Origin: Psilocybe cubensis
Taxonomy: Eukaryota
Assembly: GCA_017499595.2 (NCBI GenBank)
Contig: CM039001.1
Span: 3,534,001 to 3,598,000, forward strand
DNA: 64,000 bases
Direction: 5' to 3'
Positions within the stretch are counted from its first letter, which is position 1; every line of letters starts with the position of its first letter. A program made the position numbers and the translations under genes. This document shows positions 26,402 through 40,401 of this stretch, one piece after another. Under the pieces are notes generated by a model. It was not told where the DNA came from, did not search any database, and worked only from the letters and a program-made list of their open reading frames with translations.

Positions 26402-26992
26402 GTTGTATATTACTAGTTATAACAAAAAAGGGAGAAGTGAAAGAATGTAGATGATGACGATGGCGCCGCAAAGCAACCCCGAAGTGCCTGCTTCGTTTCA
26501 AGATTCGTTGAGAAGAGAAATGGTGGCCTCTGGGAAGTTGAGGGAATTAGAGGTAAATATTAGTGGGCACCGTCAACTTGCCGCCTTCGAGGAGTATGTG
26601 AAAGAGATACGGCGCTAAGGTGCACACAGTGACCATGAGAACTGCCAGCCCTGCTTATGTAATCACATAGCTTTGTTGCAAGCCTCAGGGGCAAACTTAA
26701 CGGTAAACGATCCTCACCAATGACTACGACAACAACCGATATAGTGACTCTTTCCTATGTCTTATCGGAGTATATGACGAGAGAAGGGCGGTACCGACAA
26801 TAAATGCTATTTCAAGTCGTATTGGTGCATCTCAATTTCAGCCTCGGTCTTCAGAGACCCGATAGCGAACCTCATGGCGACGAGTCAGATCAACAAGTTG
26901 CGCATTGACGCGTTGGTCAATACTTATTTATTTAAATAGAGCTCACTCTGGCTGGCAATGTTACCACCCCAACTACGACCGAACAACTATCA

Positions 26993-29900
26993 ATGCAATC
27001 CACTTCCAAAGTACAGGCTTTCATTGACCGCATCAGCGCACTTCCAGCGGGATCCGGTGTGTCGCTGGATGCAGCGCTGCAACCTTCTCTCGAAGAGGAG
27101 GCTGAATTACGCAGGCTTTTTGCCATGGATAGGACAAATGCGCGTCTTTCCGACCCTCATGTAGGACTCGTCGACGTCTTTGCGGCTCCAAGCGCCATTC
27201 GAACTACAAGAGCGCGAGTAGTCGATGGACCAGAAGACCTTGATGCTAAATATGTAATGCCCATTGCGGACAGCCATCGAAGGGCCGAAGGAATGCCATG
27301 TACAGTCGCCGACCTCGAAGAATTCAAGAAAAACTGGTCCATCTTCACAGAGGGATCCCTCTCCCAGCTTCTCAATTGGAATAATGTCGTCGCTGCTGGT
27401 GGATCAGTTCTCGCTTGTTTGTCCCCTGTCCCCAAACGTAACAAAGCATCCAAGCGTAAGATCAGAACTTACTTTCACTCAAAGGCTTATCCAACATCCG
27501 ACGTGGACCTTTTTTTGTGGGGGTTGACTCCTGAGCAGGTTCTTCTGCTCTGTTCGAAGCTCTTTATTATGTATTAACTGTGCTGCAGGCAGAAATCAAG
27601 ATCAAGGAAATTTACGAAGCAGTTCGAGATTCGGTTCCTTGGGATGTTACCTGCATTCGTACCAAACACACTATTTCCATTCACTGTGAGTTTGTCGTTT
27701 CTCCGGCTATAGAATGTCGTCCCGAGTTAGCCTACAGCCCAATACCCATACCGATCAGTACAAATCGTCTTGCGACTTTACCAATCTCCTGCCGAGATCC
27801 TCGCAGGATTCGACATCGACGCCCCATGTTGCGCATACGACGGCAAGCTCTTGTTTCCTTCGCAAATATATGCCCACATGAAGTAACCACCCACCAGGCA
27901 ATCGAGTGTGGGCAAACCCTCGCGCGGTCGTCGCCATGATGCGGCAATGCAACACAGTCGACATGACGCGCCGCTCTCCCTCATACGAAGTCAGACTGGC
28001 AAAATACTCTCAAAGGCATTTCGAAGTCTACGTCCCTACTCTTGAGCGCTCAAAGATCGATCCAACGGTAATCTTATTTTATTTCCATTTGCATAGCCTT
28101 GCACCAACCAATCCACTACTTTATAGATTTACGAACGTTCAATCGCACGCACGGAAGGCCTAGCGCGGTTGCTCTCTCTCGAAAAACTCACAACTGACAA
28201 CTTGCGGAACACGTTCCTTGAGGCTCGGCGTGAGCTCCGCGGGCGCAGGCTTGCAGCTGCACTCCAACGACCCCGCCGGCGCACGCGCAAATATAAAGGC
28301 GATATCAAGAGCGACAAAGGGGACGCAAGTGTGCTGGTGGAAGTGAACAACTATGATGTCACGGCGCTGCATATACCGTATGGTCCGGGCTGGGACGCGA
28401 AGAGGATCGATAAATTAGTTTATCAGACGGTGGGTGTTTTTTTCCTATTTGTTGACTTGTTATGCTGAGGTTTGCTGTTTTAATTCTTTTAGGATCTGGG
28501 TATGAATTGTAGGTTTACAGATATATATTCTGTTGATTACGTCCGCGCACTTAATATGACTATTAGCTACTTTCAACCCCCAAAACAAGGGACGCCGCCT
28601 ACACCGTCATCCAGCTTTCTTCGGCAAAATTGACGAGTGCATAGAAGACTGCTGTGGGGTATGTGATCTATATATATTGTGAAATTGGACTCAATTTCTG
28701 AAAAATATCCGAAGAACTGTCCTAAACCCATCGATGAAGACGAACGTAAGCTCCAGGCAGAGGAAGACGAAGTATATATTCGTGGCCGCATCCGGCAAGT
28801 ACATTCTTGCGTCTTCCTGCTCATATTCTATATTAAAACTTGTTTGTGCAGATTCATCGATGAGAACCCAGGTCGTCAAAGCATCACAGGCAGCTTCAAG
28901 CCAATCGACGTCGGCGAATGGAGCGAGCAAGTGTATATCAAGCCTACACTCGCGCTATTCAACGCCATCGCCTCACATGACCGTGCCACTGTCCAACAAA
29001 TCATCTCATCGTCTTCGTCGCTGCCAGAGCAGGATTCAGAGGGGGGAGCGATTAACATTAACCAACGAGACCATGTTGGCCGCACTGCGTTACACGTTGC
29101 CATCTTCTCAAAGGCTACAGATATAGCCCTAGACCTCATCGACGCCGGCGCGCGGATTACGGCACGGATCGCAGACGGGCGTGCGCCGTTGCATCTCGCG
29201 GCGCAGGCGGATTTGAAAGAAGTCGTGAGTAAGCTGCTGGAGAGGAGCGCGTACAACAGGGAAGAAATGCAGAAGAGGTCCGGATATGAGGTCTCGAATG
29301 ACAACGGTGCGATGAATGTTCAAGATGAGATTGAGCGGCCTTCTTCCGAGGATGATTGGAGTTCGCATGATGACGAGGATGTTGTCATGTCCGCTGACAG
29401 CGATGATGAAGATGATAAAGATGAGGGTACCAAAAAGAGGGGTTCCACAAATGAAGACACAGAAGTTGAAACTGCCGAGAATGAGATCAATGTAGAGGAA
29501 GAAAATCAACCCGATATCATCGACGTCAACGAATTCGACTGGGACTACGGATTTTCTGCGCTCTCCTACGCCATCCTCTTCGCATCCATCCCGACAATAT
29601 CCACTCTCATTTCGAACGGAGCAGATGTTAAACTCGCCTCATCCTCCACCAATCGCAAAACGCCTCTACACCCCCTCACGCTCACTATCCTCCGCCCTGC
29701 CGAGTCCGACGAAGAGGAAAAAGACGCATGCGCAGTCGCAGAGTGCCTGCTCAAAGCGGGCGCGACGTCCACAACTGCCGACACCGACCAGATGTGCACC
29801 ATCTTCCACTGTGCTGTGGCTGCAGGTCGCACGCGGCTGGTGGAGACGCTGCTACGGTACGACCCGCACGCGCATGCAGCGGTCGACTTCCCCATGTTTC

Positions 29901-32900
29901 AGAACCACCGGTTCGTGTGCTTCCCACTCGCGAGCGCTGTAGCCAACAGGCACTATGCGCTTGTTGCACTGCTTCTGGCATATGGCGCCAAGCTGGAGCT
30001 AGATGAAAGGGATATCAGCCGTGCTATGGCGGCAGCGTATGTGTACTTCTTCGTTATTCGTGGATTTACGATGTTGAAAATATTTTAATGTTTTTTAGAT
30101 CTCCAAATATAGTTAGGGAGATGAACCATTATCGCTACAACCATGTCACCAATTACCTACAGCTCGCATATCAGCCAATTGAACTCACATTGAAGAACCA
30201 TGATGATTTAGGAAAACTACTCCTCAATTTGGGAGCCCCTATCAACATCGCCATACTGGAATCGTGTGGAATGAACTACGGCGCAGGAGGCAGGATGACT
30301 GTCAAAGATTGGGTTGATATGATGGTATCGGCCCTCAGCAGACGGATCGAAGACAAAAAGTCCGAGAGTGCTCAGAAAAAGCTGGAAGATACAGTCACAC
30401 CAAGTTTTTCCGGTGGATTAGACAAAGGATGGTCCATATTCTTCAGAGACCAGCTCACAGTTGTCTCTCAGTTCAAAGCCAACGAACCATGGCGCATCTC
30501 CGAGCACGCCAGAATAGCGAGACAAGAAAAAGACACTATAGCGCAGATGGAAGACCTCAAGGAGTATTTCACCGAGATGCAGACCTTACTGGCGGACAAA
30601 GGCGCTAAGTCGTGGCAGGAACTATTCCCCGACATCGAGACACACGCCACTACAACGGCAGATGGACATGGTTCGTGGAAGGATGGCCAACACCAAACGA
30701 CCAGCGCGAAACGCACTGTGTCCTACACAACCTTGAGTGGCCAAAATCGTAGTGGGTATGGTCACTACTACTCCCGGAAGGTCCCAGAGCACCTACTTCC
30801 GGCTTACGACGAACTGTTTGAGGCATGCTATGCAGGTGATAACGAAACAATCCAGAGGCTTTGCTTGCCATCCAACGGATATGAAACCGTTGATGGTCCG
30901 CTGAATATCTCGGTCAGGATTGTTAATTCATCGACGGACGACTGTGAAAATCTTGGCAAGTCGTTCTCCATTTCTTTGCAAAGTTGGGGTCGTTAATGTT
31001 GAATGTTCAGGGTATACACCTCTCACAGCTGCAATAGCGGGGCGTCGGTGGTCCACAGCTAAGTTTATTCTTGCAGTAGCGATTGCCCAGTACCACCCAA
31101 ACGATAAACGAGACCGGATAAAATCTGACCTCAACATTCAACTAGGTACGTCATCAGAACTTTTCTTCTTCATCCTCATATCATTTATCCCTCTCACGCA
31201 GAGGAAGACGACGACTCTGATGCTGCAAGCGATGCCTCAGGAGAGTCAAACGCGACTGTCGAACCAATCAACTTTATTAACATTGTGACGCGTAAATCGA
31301 CGGTGCAAAGTCCTGTGCCCCCTGGCGCAATGCTGACTGACGCGGAGGTCGAATGGGTCTATCATCCCCCTTCTACATCTCCCTTCAGCTCCGCTTTGCC
31401 AATGTTAATGCGCGCAACCGCTCTCGAGAAAGCCGTCGCTGAACATGATCTTGATGCATTTACACATATCATAGATCTATACAACATCCTACCAGAAAAG
31501 CTACGTAAAGTCGAGTTCGGCACTAAGGTGCTGCGCTGCATTCTGTCTCACAACCAGGTCCAAATGCTCGATGCGTATATACGAAGGACGGCTGTCGGGG
31601 TGGACGTCGCTGTCATCAAGCGTAGTCTCAGTATCGGTAACGATAATGGAAATGTGGCGAGGTCTAAAATTCAAGGGGAGCAGCCGGTGCCTCTGCCAAC
31701 ATCAACGACGAACGACGCGAACAAGGTGTACGCAGGTCTCAATGTGCATGGAAAAAAGAGGTTAGATCTGGCACGGAAAAACGACCCCGATGCTTCAGAT
31801 TTTGATGATGACTCAGATGCTGAAGGGAGGAGGGATATACCCCTTTTATGGCAGGCTATCCAAGTCGGCGCAAAAGAGATTATCGCATACTTACGATCTG
31901 AAAGGGTGTACGAAGCATACGACGCATATATCAACGCCCATGCTCCGTCTCAGGATAAAGCAAGGCTGCTGAACTACTATTTGCTTGGAGATAAGACTAA
32001 ACCAGAGGGTAGGATGTCTCCCTCTACGAAGATGAATTGGGAGGCAAAGATGAAACGAGAGGCGAAAGCACGCCTCGCAGGCTTGTTAGGTTGGACGATA
32101 AACGCTCTTGGGGAGTCACCCCTCGCCGCTGCACTCATCACGGATTCTGTTGAGATGATTGAAACCCTGGAGAAGATGGAGCCAGGGTTACATGAAAAGG
32201 CGTTGCAAACCACGTGAGTTTCTACTAGAGTCCACGAAGAGGGGGGGATGGAACTTTAATTCTCTTTTCAATATGTAGCATCAAGTTCGTGGGCATCAAC
32301 TACCTGATGTTCGCCGTAGAAGCCAACTGCCCACCCGATGTGATCGATTACCTACTAGCAAAGGGTGTCTCTCCCACCGAGCGTTCTGCTCATCGGGGGT
32401 ATGTTTCTCCCTTCATCCTTTCCATTCGACGCCTTTGCTGACATTTACTTTGCTCTGCACAGGTGGAACATATATCATTACATCTGCGCGCAAAATAACC
32501 TCACCTTGCTGGCCCATTTTTTGAAGACGCTGCCAAGGGATGTGAATGAGGAATTGTTGATGCAGCGGTCTAAGGGGCGTGGGAATACAGTACGTGATGT
32601 CTGTCGGCGCTTTCCTGACAAAATGCTAACGTCCTGTGTAATTTTCTTTGCATTTTATTCTAATTTAGCCTCTGCATGTTGCAATCAAGACAGGCCATGT
32701 CGAGCTCGCGGGAACAATTCTTAGGTATACTGAGTGTGTCAAGGATCACTTGCTGGCACGCGACGCGCATGGACAGACAGCATTACACGCGGCGGTACGC
32801 ACAGGGCGCGCCCAGACGGCGGAACTGATATTTGACGTTGCGGGGCGACTTACTGCCTCGGCTTCAAAGGGGTCGTCATCATCGGGATCTTCGCTGCAGC

Positions 32901-33844
32901 TCGAGCTTCTCAACACGGAAGACAGTGTTGGACTGACGCCACTCGAAATATCTCGCAACGCCGAGCTCGCTATGCGCGTGCAGGGTGCACGTTCCCTATA
33001 TGATGGCGTACAGTGTGGAGGAGTACAGCCGAATGGGGACGTGGATTCACTGATCCGAACTCGAAGGATTGTGGTGCAGAGGGCGGAGACTAAAGACGAA
33101 AAGCGTCAGAGAGAAGCGCGTGGGAGTGCATTTTATGTGTACGTGATGGGTGCTAGGAGGAGGGTAAGAAAGGATTGGGATATGGATGAGCGAGGGACGG
33201 AAGAGTGTGTTGATGAGCTTAAAAATATGCTTGCAAGGCTAGAGTCGGTTGGTTATTCAGCCTCTGGTTCGGCACTTCAAGTGGAAAAAGTAAAGCAGTG
33301 GATCACGTACATGGACCACCTCATATCACGCGAGAAAGAGCGCGAGAAAGAGCGGGGAGAAGAAATACAAATGGCGGAGGAGGACTACGAAAGGCGAAAG
33401 AAGGCTGACAAGGGCGATCAGCTTGAAGGCGAGGAAGAGGAGAATACAGGGATACGCGTTCAAGGGAGGACAGAAGAGTGGGATACTCTCGCGACATACT
33501 TTGTCCTAGAGGACTTTGTCGCCCTCTACAAGGACAATATCACAGTAGGGACTATTACACACAACCGCCACCTGGTCCATCTCTCCGACGTTCTATGCTC
33601 CGTGGAGGCGACACTCGCCAAGGCGAGCAGTGCTGAGGGCCTCGTGCACGAGGACTACAGCGATCCAGACCGTGCAAGCCAGGAAGCGTACGGCGGAAGA
33701 TATCGCAGGGGTCACCGACGAATTCAGAAATACGGTGCAGAGGGCGAGTTGGAAAAGGAGCATGATAAAGAGGAAGAGGAAAGGAGGCAACGGAAAAGGA
33801 GCATGGTGTTTGAGTACATTGCCTTGGGCCCTGATAGGCACTGA
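26993..33844 (+). CDS. Large multi-exon protein: N-terminal nucleotidyltransferase-like domain plus multiple ankyrin repeats
   Basis: NTase-like motifs VVAAGGSVLACL, SDVDLFLWG, VQIVLRLY, EILAGFDID and RLAKYSQRHF. Ankyrin motifs GRTALHVA, GRAPLHLAA, GYTPLTAA, GESPLAAA, GQTALHAA and GLTPLE. ORF blocks are joined by GT-AG and GC-AG introns. Confidence 0.85.
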
Positions 33845-34272
33845 ACGAAGATGATTTCTGTTTCTCTGTGTATCTTGGTATCATATATGAGATGGTAACG
33901 TAAAAAAAATACAATTTTTTGTTCCTTTATGGATGGCAAGCCGTGCCCCTTGGGCTTAAGCGCTCACTGGCACCTTTTTTAGGTATAGGGGCTCCCGTTG
34001 GTAATTGAATTTCGGCAAAGGCGAGCATCGTTTTCGCACACAGAACTAAGTATAAGTATACGGAAGAGATAGAACAATATCTTTATTTTGTACTGTTTGT
34101 TGGGTGTTAAGGGTATTGAACAGTTGCGTTAGATGCGTAAAGTAATTCTCGAGTCAGGCGATTACATTTGGCACTGGGAGCTCAATACTTTTCCGACACC
34201 CCTTTTAAATCATCTGGTAAAAAGAAATAGCAACAAAATACAGGACGTCGTTATGATCAACAAAACATACAG

Positions 34273-37200
34273 TTAAACATTTCCTTTGATAATGTCGGCC
34301 GCTAGAGGATCAAAGAATAAGCAGTGAGAATTTTGCGTTACAATAAAAGAGTAACATGACTAACCAATTTCACCGATAGTGAATGCCGTAGCTAAGGAAT
34401 CAATCAAAGTGTGTAAGCGTAATCAATTCAGAAACATGCAAAAAACGATGAACCTTGGAGGTGTGCGCCTATATGCAGCGGAAGAATCGAAACATCGACA
34501 ACGCGGATGTTGGTGGTGTTATACACCTATAAAACATTGAGATTTAAACTTAAAAGGTTCCAGGTGAATTTCAGTAATGAACAAGTCGCACTTTGAGTTT
34601 CGTGTCGACAACTCCGCCATCTTCCAGAGGAAGCAAGGAACAGGAGCCAATGGTGTCTAGATGGTATTTTTGGTTAGTTCGCCAGGTTATTGAAACACCT
34701 TGAGATTGGATGTACGATATGTAGTGACCAAATAGGTCTTGATAAAATCTAAAGGTATGTTTAGAAAAGAAGCAATCAGTGTAGATAGAGAAAAAACACA
34801 AACCGGCGATTTGCTCGTCAGTTTGACACTCGGGCCCAGGATGCACCTCATCTAAAAAATTTTAGGTGCTGTCTGCAAGCTAGTAATCGCATTGGGCGGC
34901 TGTAGCGTACCTAGAAGATAACTCTGTAAAGGCTCGGTTTTGGCGAGACGACGACTGAACTTGAAAAGCTCAATAAGTAAGTGGATGTCGTATTCTTCCT
35001 CGAAGTAGTGAGGGTCGATAGCAGGATAATCAATAGGATCGGCGGACTTGATGTGCTATTACGAGAAATAAGTATTCATGTACTGAACAAAAGTGCAAAT
35101 AGGACTTACAATACTCCCGCGAGAGAATGGGTGGTTCAGTAAAAGGTAAAAGGCACCGTATTTCTTTCCAGGTTTGGCTAGGCCTGCGCATATACTCAAT
35201 ATTTTTATACTTAACAAAACCCATTCAATGACTCACCCGGAATGGCCGGTGCGCCTTGCACAAGGATAATTTCACAATTCGGTGATCCTCTCTTCAGGGC
35301 TTCGAGCTGTAGCCTGTATTGTTTCCTTTGCAAAGAAGAGTATTTTCCAGAGGCGATACCCTCATCGACTGTTTTCTTGAGCTGGGTATAGATAGTGTCT
35401 GAGTCGGGGCTTAGCTGTGACAGAGGGACAAATGCCATGATGTTGATGGCTAAGCCGAGAAGGCCCTTCCCTTCTTTTTGGCTACAAAAAGTGAAGCGGA
35501 AAAGTCAATTGATATAATACATATGAAACGTTGAACCTGTGGCATACAAAAGTGCAATTTGTTTTTCTCTTTCAACCGGATCATGCAGGTTGTCAAAAGT
35601 TTGGACCTCTTCTTTCTTATCTTCGCGGATTTCTAGTTAATAGGAGATAGGGGTCAATGTACACTCCAGACATAACGTATTGACGGAACATCACCATGAG
35701 TAGCTGTAAAAAACACATGCTCTTGAATGTTACTGCCAACTCCAGGGAGGTCAAGCTTGACTTCAATGTTATGTTTCTCAAGCAGCTTCTTGTCGCCTAT
35801 GCCGGACAACTCAAGTATCTTTTGAAATTGAAACGTTTGAATTATGGGTTATAAGGTGCAAATTTAGTTCTTACTTGCGGATCGAGGATAGCACTGTAGG
35901 AAAAGGGAATATGTCAATCATTCGTCATTTTACAAATCAATTGTGAGTCTGAAGGAACACACCCTGAAGATAGAACCACCTCCCTCCCAACTTTGACTAG
36001 ATGCGTCTGTTTATCGTAAATAAAGGTGACGCCCGTAGCTGTTAAGAGGTTGCCGTCCTTTCTTGACTCCAGTCTCACGACGTGAGCCCCTGTAAGGACG
36101 GTGAGATTTTGCCGTGATGATGCGAGTGTGTAATAGGACTTGTTAAGGTGAGTCGATATCATATCAAAAAGAAAAAGTGGAAGTCATACATTGGCAGCGT
36201 ATGAGCGAATTCGATTTTTGGGATGGATTGTGAGCGGTGATAGCCAAGTTCCCGTATTCTGTAAAAAGCATGTTTAGCGCGAAATAATGACGTGGGTTGT
36301 AAGAAGCAAATTTCACATTTCCAGACAGCTACACAAAGAGGAGATCATTAATAGTGACGATATATAAAGGTATGCTGAAGGACATACTGGTTCTGGCGCA
36401 GGTAGAATGCCGAACTTAACCAAGCTCTATGAAGACAAGGAAGATACTGAGCTACAATCGAAATTATAATGACTTGGTATCATACATCGTTGAACGGCTT
36501 CTCGAGACCTGAGAGAGTTAAGGCATGACTGACAGTCAATGGACCTGATCTGAAATTACTTCAACAATCAAACCGTTTAAATTGAAAGTCCTACCTTCAT
36601 TTCCATGATGAGCGAGGTCATAGTTTATGGACTGGTCCTTGACTTCAGGCTCAATGAAGGTTTCGGTTTTGAGTTGATATTTTTTGAACAATTCCCAGTT
36701 CCATCCAGGGTTTCCCAATTTCTCGATAGCTAGAACACAGATATGTGGGCCCATAAATGGTCGAGAGGTACAGTTATCACGTACCGTCATAATCTCCTTT
36801 GTTAGCCAGATGATATTGGAAAAAGTTGATAGCAGAACTTCCACCAAGGCCTTTGCCGCTGAAGAAAAGATCGAATCTAATAACAACAACTGGACTTTTG
36901 TGGTCGGAGCTTACCGAGGCCAAGGAACAGAGCGTCCATTGACGTTTGCTTGAGGTTCAGTTTTGAAAGCCCAGTCGTAAGACGGGTTCCCGAAGTGGCT
37001 ACCGTAGGCCGCAGGTGTTACTACGTAAAGAAGTTTTACATTTGGGCAATTTTTATAAGCGTAGCTCCTTACATATGGCGGGATCGTTCAAGTTATCAGC
37101 ACCGGCTTCAAGAATGAGGATAGATAATGCGGGGTCTTCGGACAAACGTGTCGCCAATGTAAGCCCAGACGTTCCTCCTCCTGTAGAAAGATCGGAAAAC

Positions 37201-37284
37201 AGATATGATAGACACGAAAAGCTGCACACCAATTATGATATAATCAAAGGTCTTTTCGGAGACTTGGTCGATAGTTGCAGTCAT
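34273..37284 (-). CDS. GMC oxidoreductase (AA3_2-like), copy 2
   Basis: MTATIDQVSEKTFDYIII/GGGTSGLTLATRLSED, GKGLGGSSAINF, REVVLSSG, PGVGSNIQEH, TTYHTIGSCSL, NIRVVDVSILPLHIGAHLQ, ending AADIIKGNV*. Confidence 0.92.
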
Positions 37285-37972
37285 TTTAGACAGGTCAAGG
37301 AATTTGAGAGAACATAATTGGAGGTGAGGAGTTGTCGAGCTTTATACGATCCACCAAGGCTCGCTTGTTTCTCTTCGCCGGCTTATTCACACCACAAATA
37401 TATAAGATCATCTAATACCGTGAATGGTATCATGGGGTCAAGATCGTCAACATGGTAGTATGCAGCTTCGGAGTTGTATGAAACGCAAGCAAATGCCTTT
37501 TAGCACTCCCGTCCCTCGACATATCCGGGTCCTTGATAAGTGCGTCTGGCATGCGCGACTAATTTGGTGAGAAATATCGAACAGTTACGGTGACCTTGGT
37601 GACTTCTGAATCTCGTCGAGGCTCTGAATTAGCATCGCTGATCTGGGTCTTGAAATCCGAGACAGGGGGTCCAAGGTTTTCGTTTCTCCGTTCCAAGCAA
37701 TTATTAGGCGATTCAAAAGAAAGCGTTCATGAACACTATGTTTCAAAACAATTGCATAGGTGTTATAAGGCGTCGTTTGAAAGATGTAGAGGCTAACAGG
37801 AGAGTGAAGGCACTTCTCAAGCAGCAAAAGTCAAGAAAAGATCAATAATTTAATTCTTCCCAGAAACTGACCGTGGGAAACTTATTTGTATTGCAATATG
37901 GATTGCCTCAGACGCGTCAATCTTTGCAACCATTTTCACGATAAAAAGGCATAAAGGCATAGTATTGTAACG

Positions 37973-40008
37973 ATGTCTGCTCAGATATTCAACGAAATGG
38001 CGAGTCTATTCAGCGATGCTACGAAACTTGATCTGATGAAAAAATCCAAAAACTTAGGCGACAGAGGAGAAGGCGGAAAACGCGCGTCTCTCCTCGTTCG
38101 TCGGTGCGCTCGCGCTGGGCGACCTGGTCAAGTCTACACTAGGACCAAAAGGCATGAACAAGATCCTACAATCAGCATCCACAGGCGAGATCAACGTGAC
38201 GAACGACGGTGCGACGATCTTGAAGGCGATCCAGTTGGATAACGCGGCGGCGAAGATCCTCGTCAACATCTCGAAAGTGCAAGACGATGAGGTCGGGGAT
38301 GGCACGACGAGTGTGACTGTGTTGGCATCGGAGTTGCTGAGGGAGGCCGAGAAGCTCATCGCGCAGAAAATCCATCCTCAGACGATTGTGGAGGGATACC
38401 GGATTGCGAGTCGGACTGCGCTGGCTGCGTTGGAGAAGGCTGCTATTGACAACAAGTGCGTGTATTCGGGGACATTGAACTAGCGTCTTTTCTGATTCAA
38501 AAGCAGAAAGAACCCTGAACAGTTCCGAACGGATCTGTTCAACATTGCTCGTACAACCCTGTCATCAAAAGTTCTGTCGCAGGACAAGGATTACTTTGCC
38601 AACCTTGCTGTGGATGCCGTATTACGCCTCAAGGTACTTTGTTTATCCTAGAAAGGTCGATTGTGTCTAAACTACTTTTCAGGGTTCAATAGATTTGGAA
38701 CACATTCAAATCATCAAAAAGGTTGGAGGAAAGTTGACCGATTCTTATCTGGATGAAGGTGAGTCAATGAAAAAGTTCATTTTAAACAAGGCTTAATTCC
38801 TTGTAGGTTTCATTCTGGACAAAGTTATTGCTACAAACTCGCCAAAACGACTTGAGAACGTCAAGATCATGATTGCTAACACCTGTACGTGAAATTTCTG
38901 CCTAATGAGACAGAACTTGACACTTTATTCAGCAATGGACACTGACAAAATCAAGATCTTCGGGGCCCGTGTAAAGGTCGACAGCACAGGCAAGCTCGCC
39001 GAACTGGAACGCGCAGAACGCGTAAGTTTTGCTCATACTTCCTATGTGTACGTATAGTTGATTCTGTTGAACCAGGACAAAATGAAAGCAAAAGTGGAAG
39101 CCATCGCCGCTCACGGAATAAACTGCTTCGTCAACAGACAACTGGTGTACAACTATCCTGAATCGCTGCTGACCGAGAAGGGTATCATGGTGATTGAGCA
39201 TGCTGACTTTGAGGGTGTGGAGAGGCTGTCCCTCGTCACTGGTGGAGAAATTGCAAGCACATTCGATCGACCTGATCTTGTCAAACTTGGACACTGTGAG
39301 CTCATCGAAGAGATCATGATTGGCGAGGACAAGGTCCGTATCATTATTATCATGGAGTCAAGTCAGATATTTACTTTCTGCAGCTCATCAAATTCTCCGG
39401 CGTGGCTGCTGGCGAAGCATGCACGGTGGTCCTCCGCGGTTCAACGAACCAGATGGTCGACGAGGCCGAGCGTTCACTGCACGATGCCCTATCTGTCCTT
39501 TCACAGACGGTAAAAGAGACCCGTGTCGTCCTTGGAGGCGGATGCTCTGAAATGTTGATGAGCTGTGCTGTGGAAGAGGAAGCAAGAGGGATCAAGGGCA
39601 AGAAGGCTATTGCTGTCGAGGCATTCGGCCGCGCTTTGAGACAAATTCCAACGATTTTGGCAGATAACGCGGGTTATGACTCGTCAGATTTGGTCACAAA
39701 GCTGAGAGCAGCGCATTATGAGGGGCAAGCGGATGCTGGTCTTGGTATGTCTTCTTACCCCCTATGTTTTCGAGCTGTATTAACCCTCTTTCAGATATGG
39801 AGCAGGGCACCATTGGATCCATGAAGAGCCTCGGCGTTACAGAGAGCTACAAGCTAAAGCGACAAGTCGTCACCAGTGCCACTGAAGCCGCCGAAATGAT
39901 CATCCGGTAATGTTTCTTTAGCCTGAAATGCTCTCAGCATTGCTCATTATTTGTTCCAGTGTTGATGACATCTTGAGGGCAGCACCTCGGAGACGCGAAG
40001 CCGTATAG
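37973..40008 (+). CDS. CCT2: T-complex protein 1 subunit beta (CCT chaperonin)
   Basis: [72 protein letters not shown]. The first intron (38000-38057) is GC-AG. Confidence 0.97.
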
Positions 40009-40401
40009 ATGTCCAGTCTAGTAGTATTTTTCGACTATAATGAATCGCAAATTTTGCTTTATCTTTTCTATAAGCAATCGTTGGAACAGACATGGGCCTA
40101 AAAGAGGAGTGGCCTTGCAAGTTTGGTCATTTTACTTTAGACCCATCAAATTCGGAAATCATCAGTTCAGTCAAAAGTAGTTTCAAGGAGCTTAGCTACC
40201 GCTGGGAATCCCACTACTTTCTTTATGAGAGCAACTTGTTGGCGTAATAAGGCTATGTTTTGGCTATGTCATTTTCAGAGATGCATCATGACGGCGACGA
40301 GCATCCGTTGATTTCTGATTTGTTTCCTTTTTCGGACGACACGTCAATTGGGAATTATCGGTTGCTGGCGTCTCTTCAATTCTCTTCAACCTTTCTCCAC
40401 G

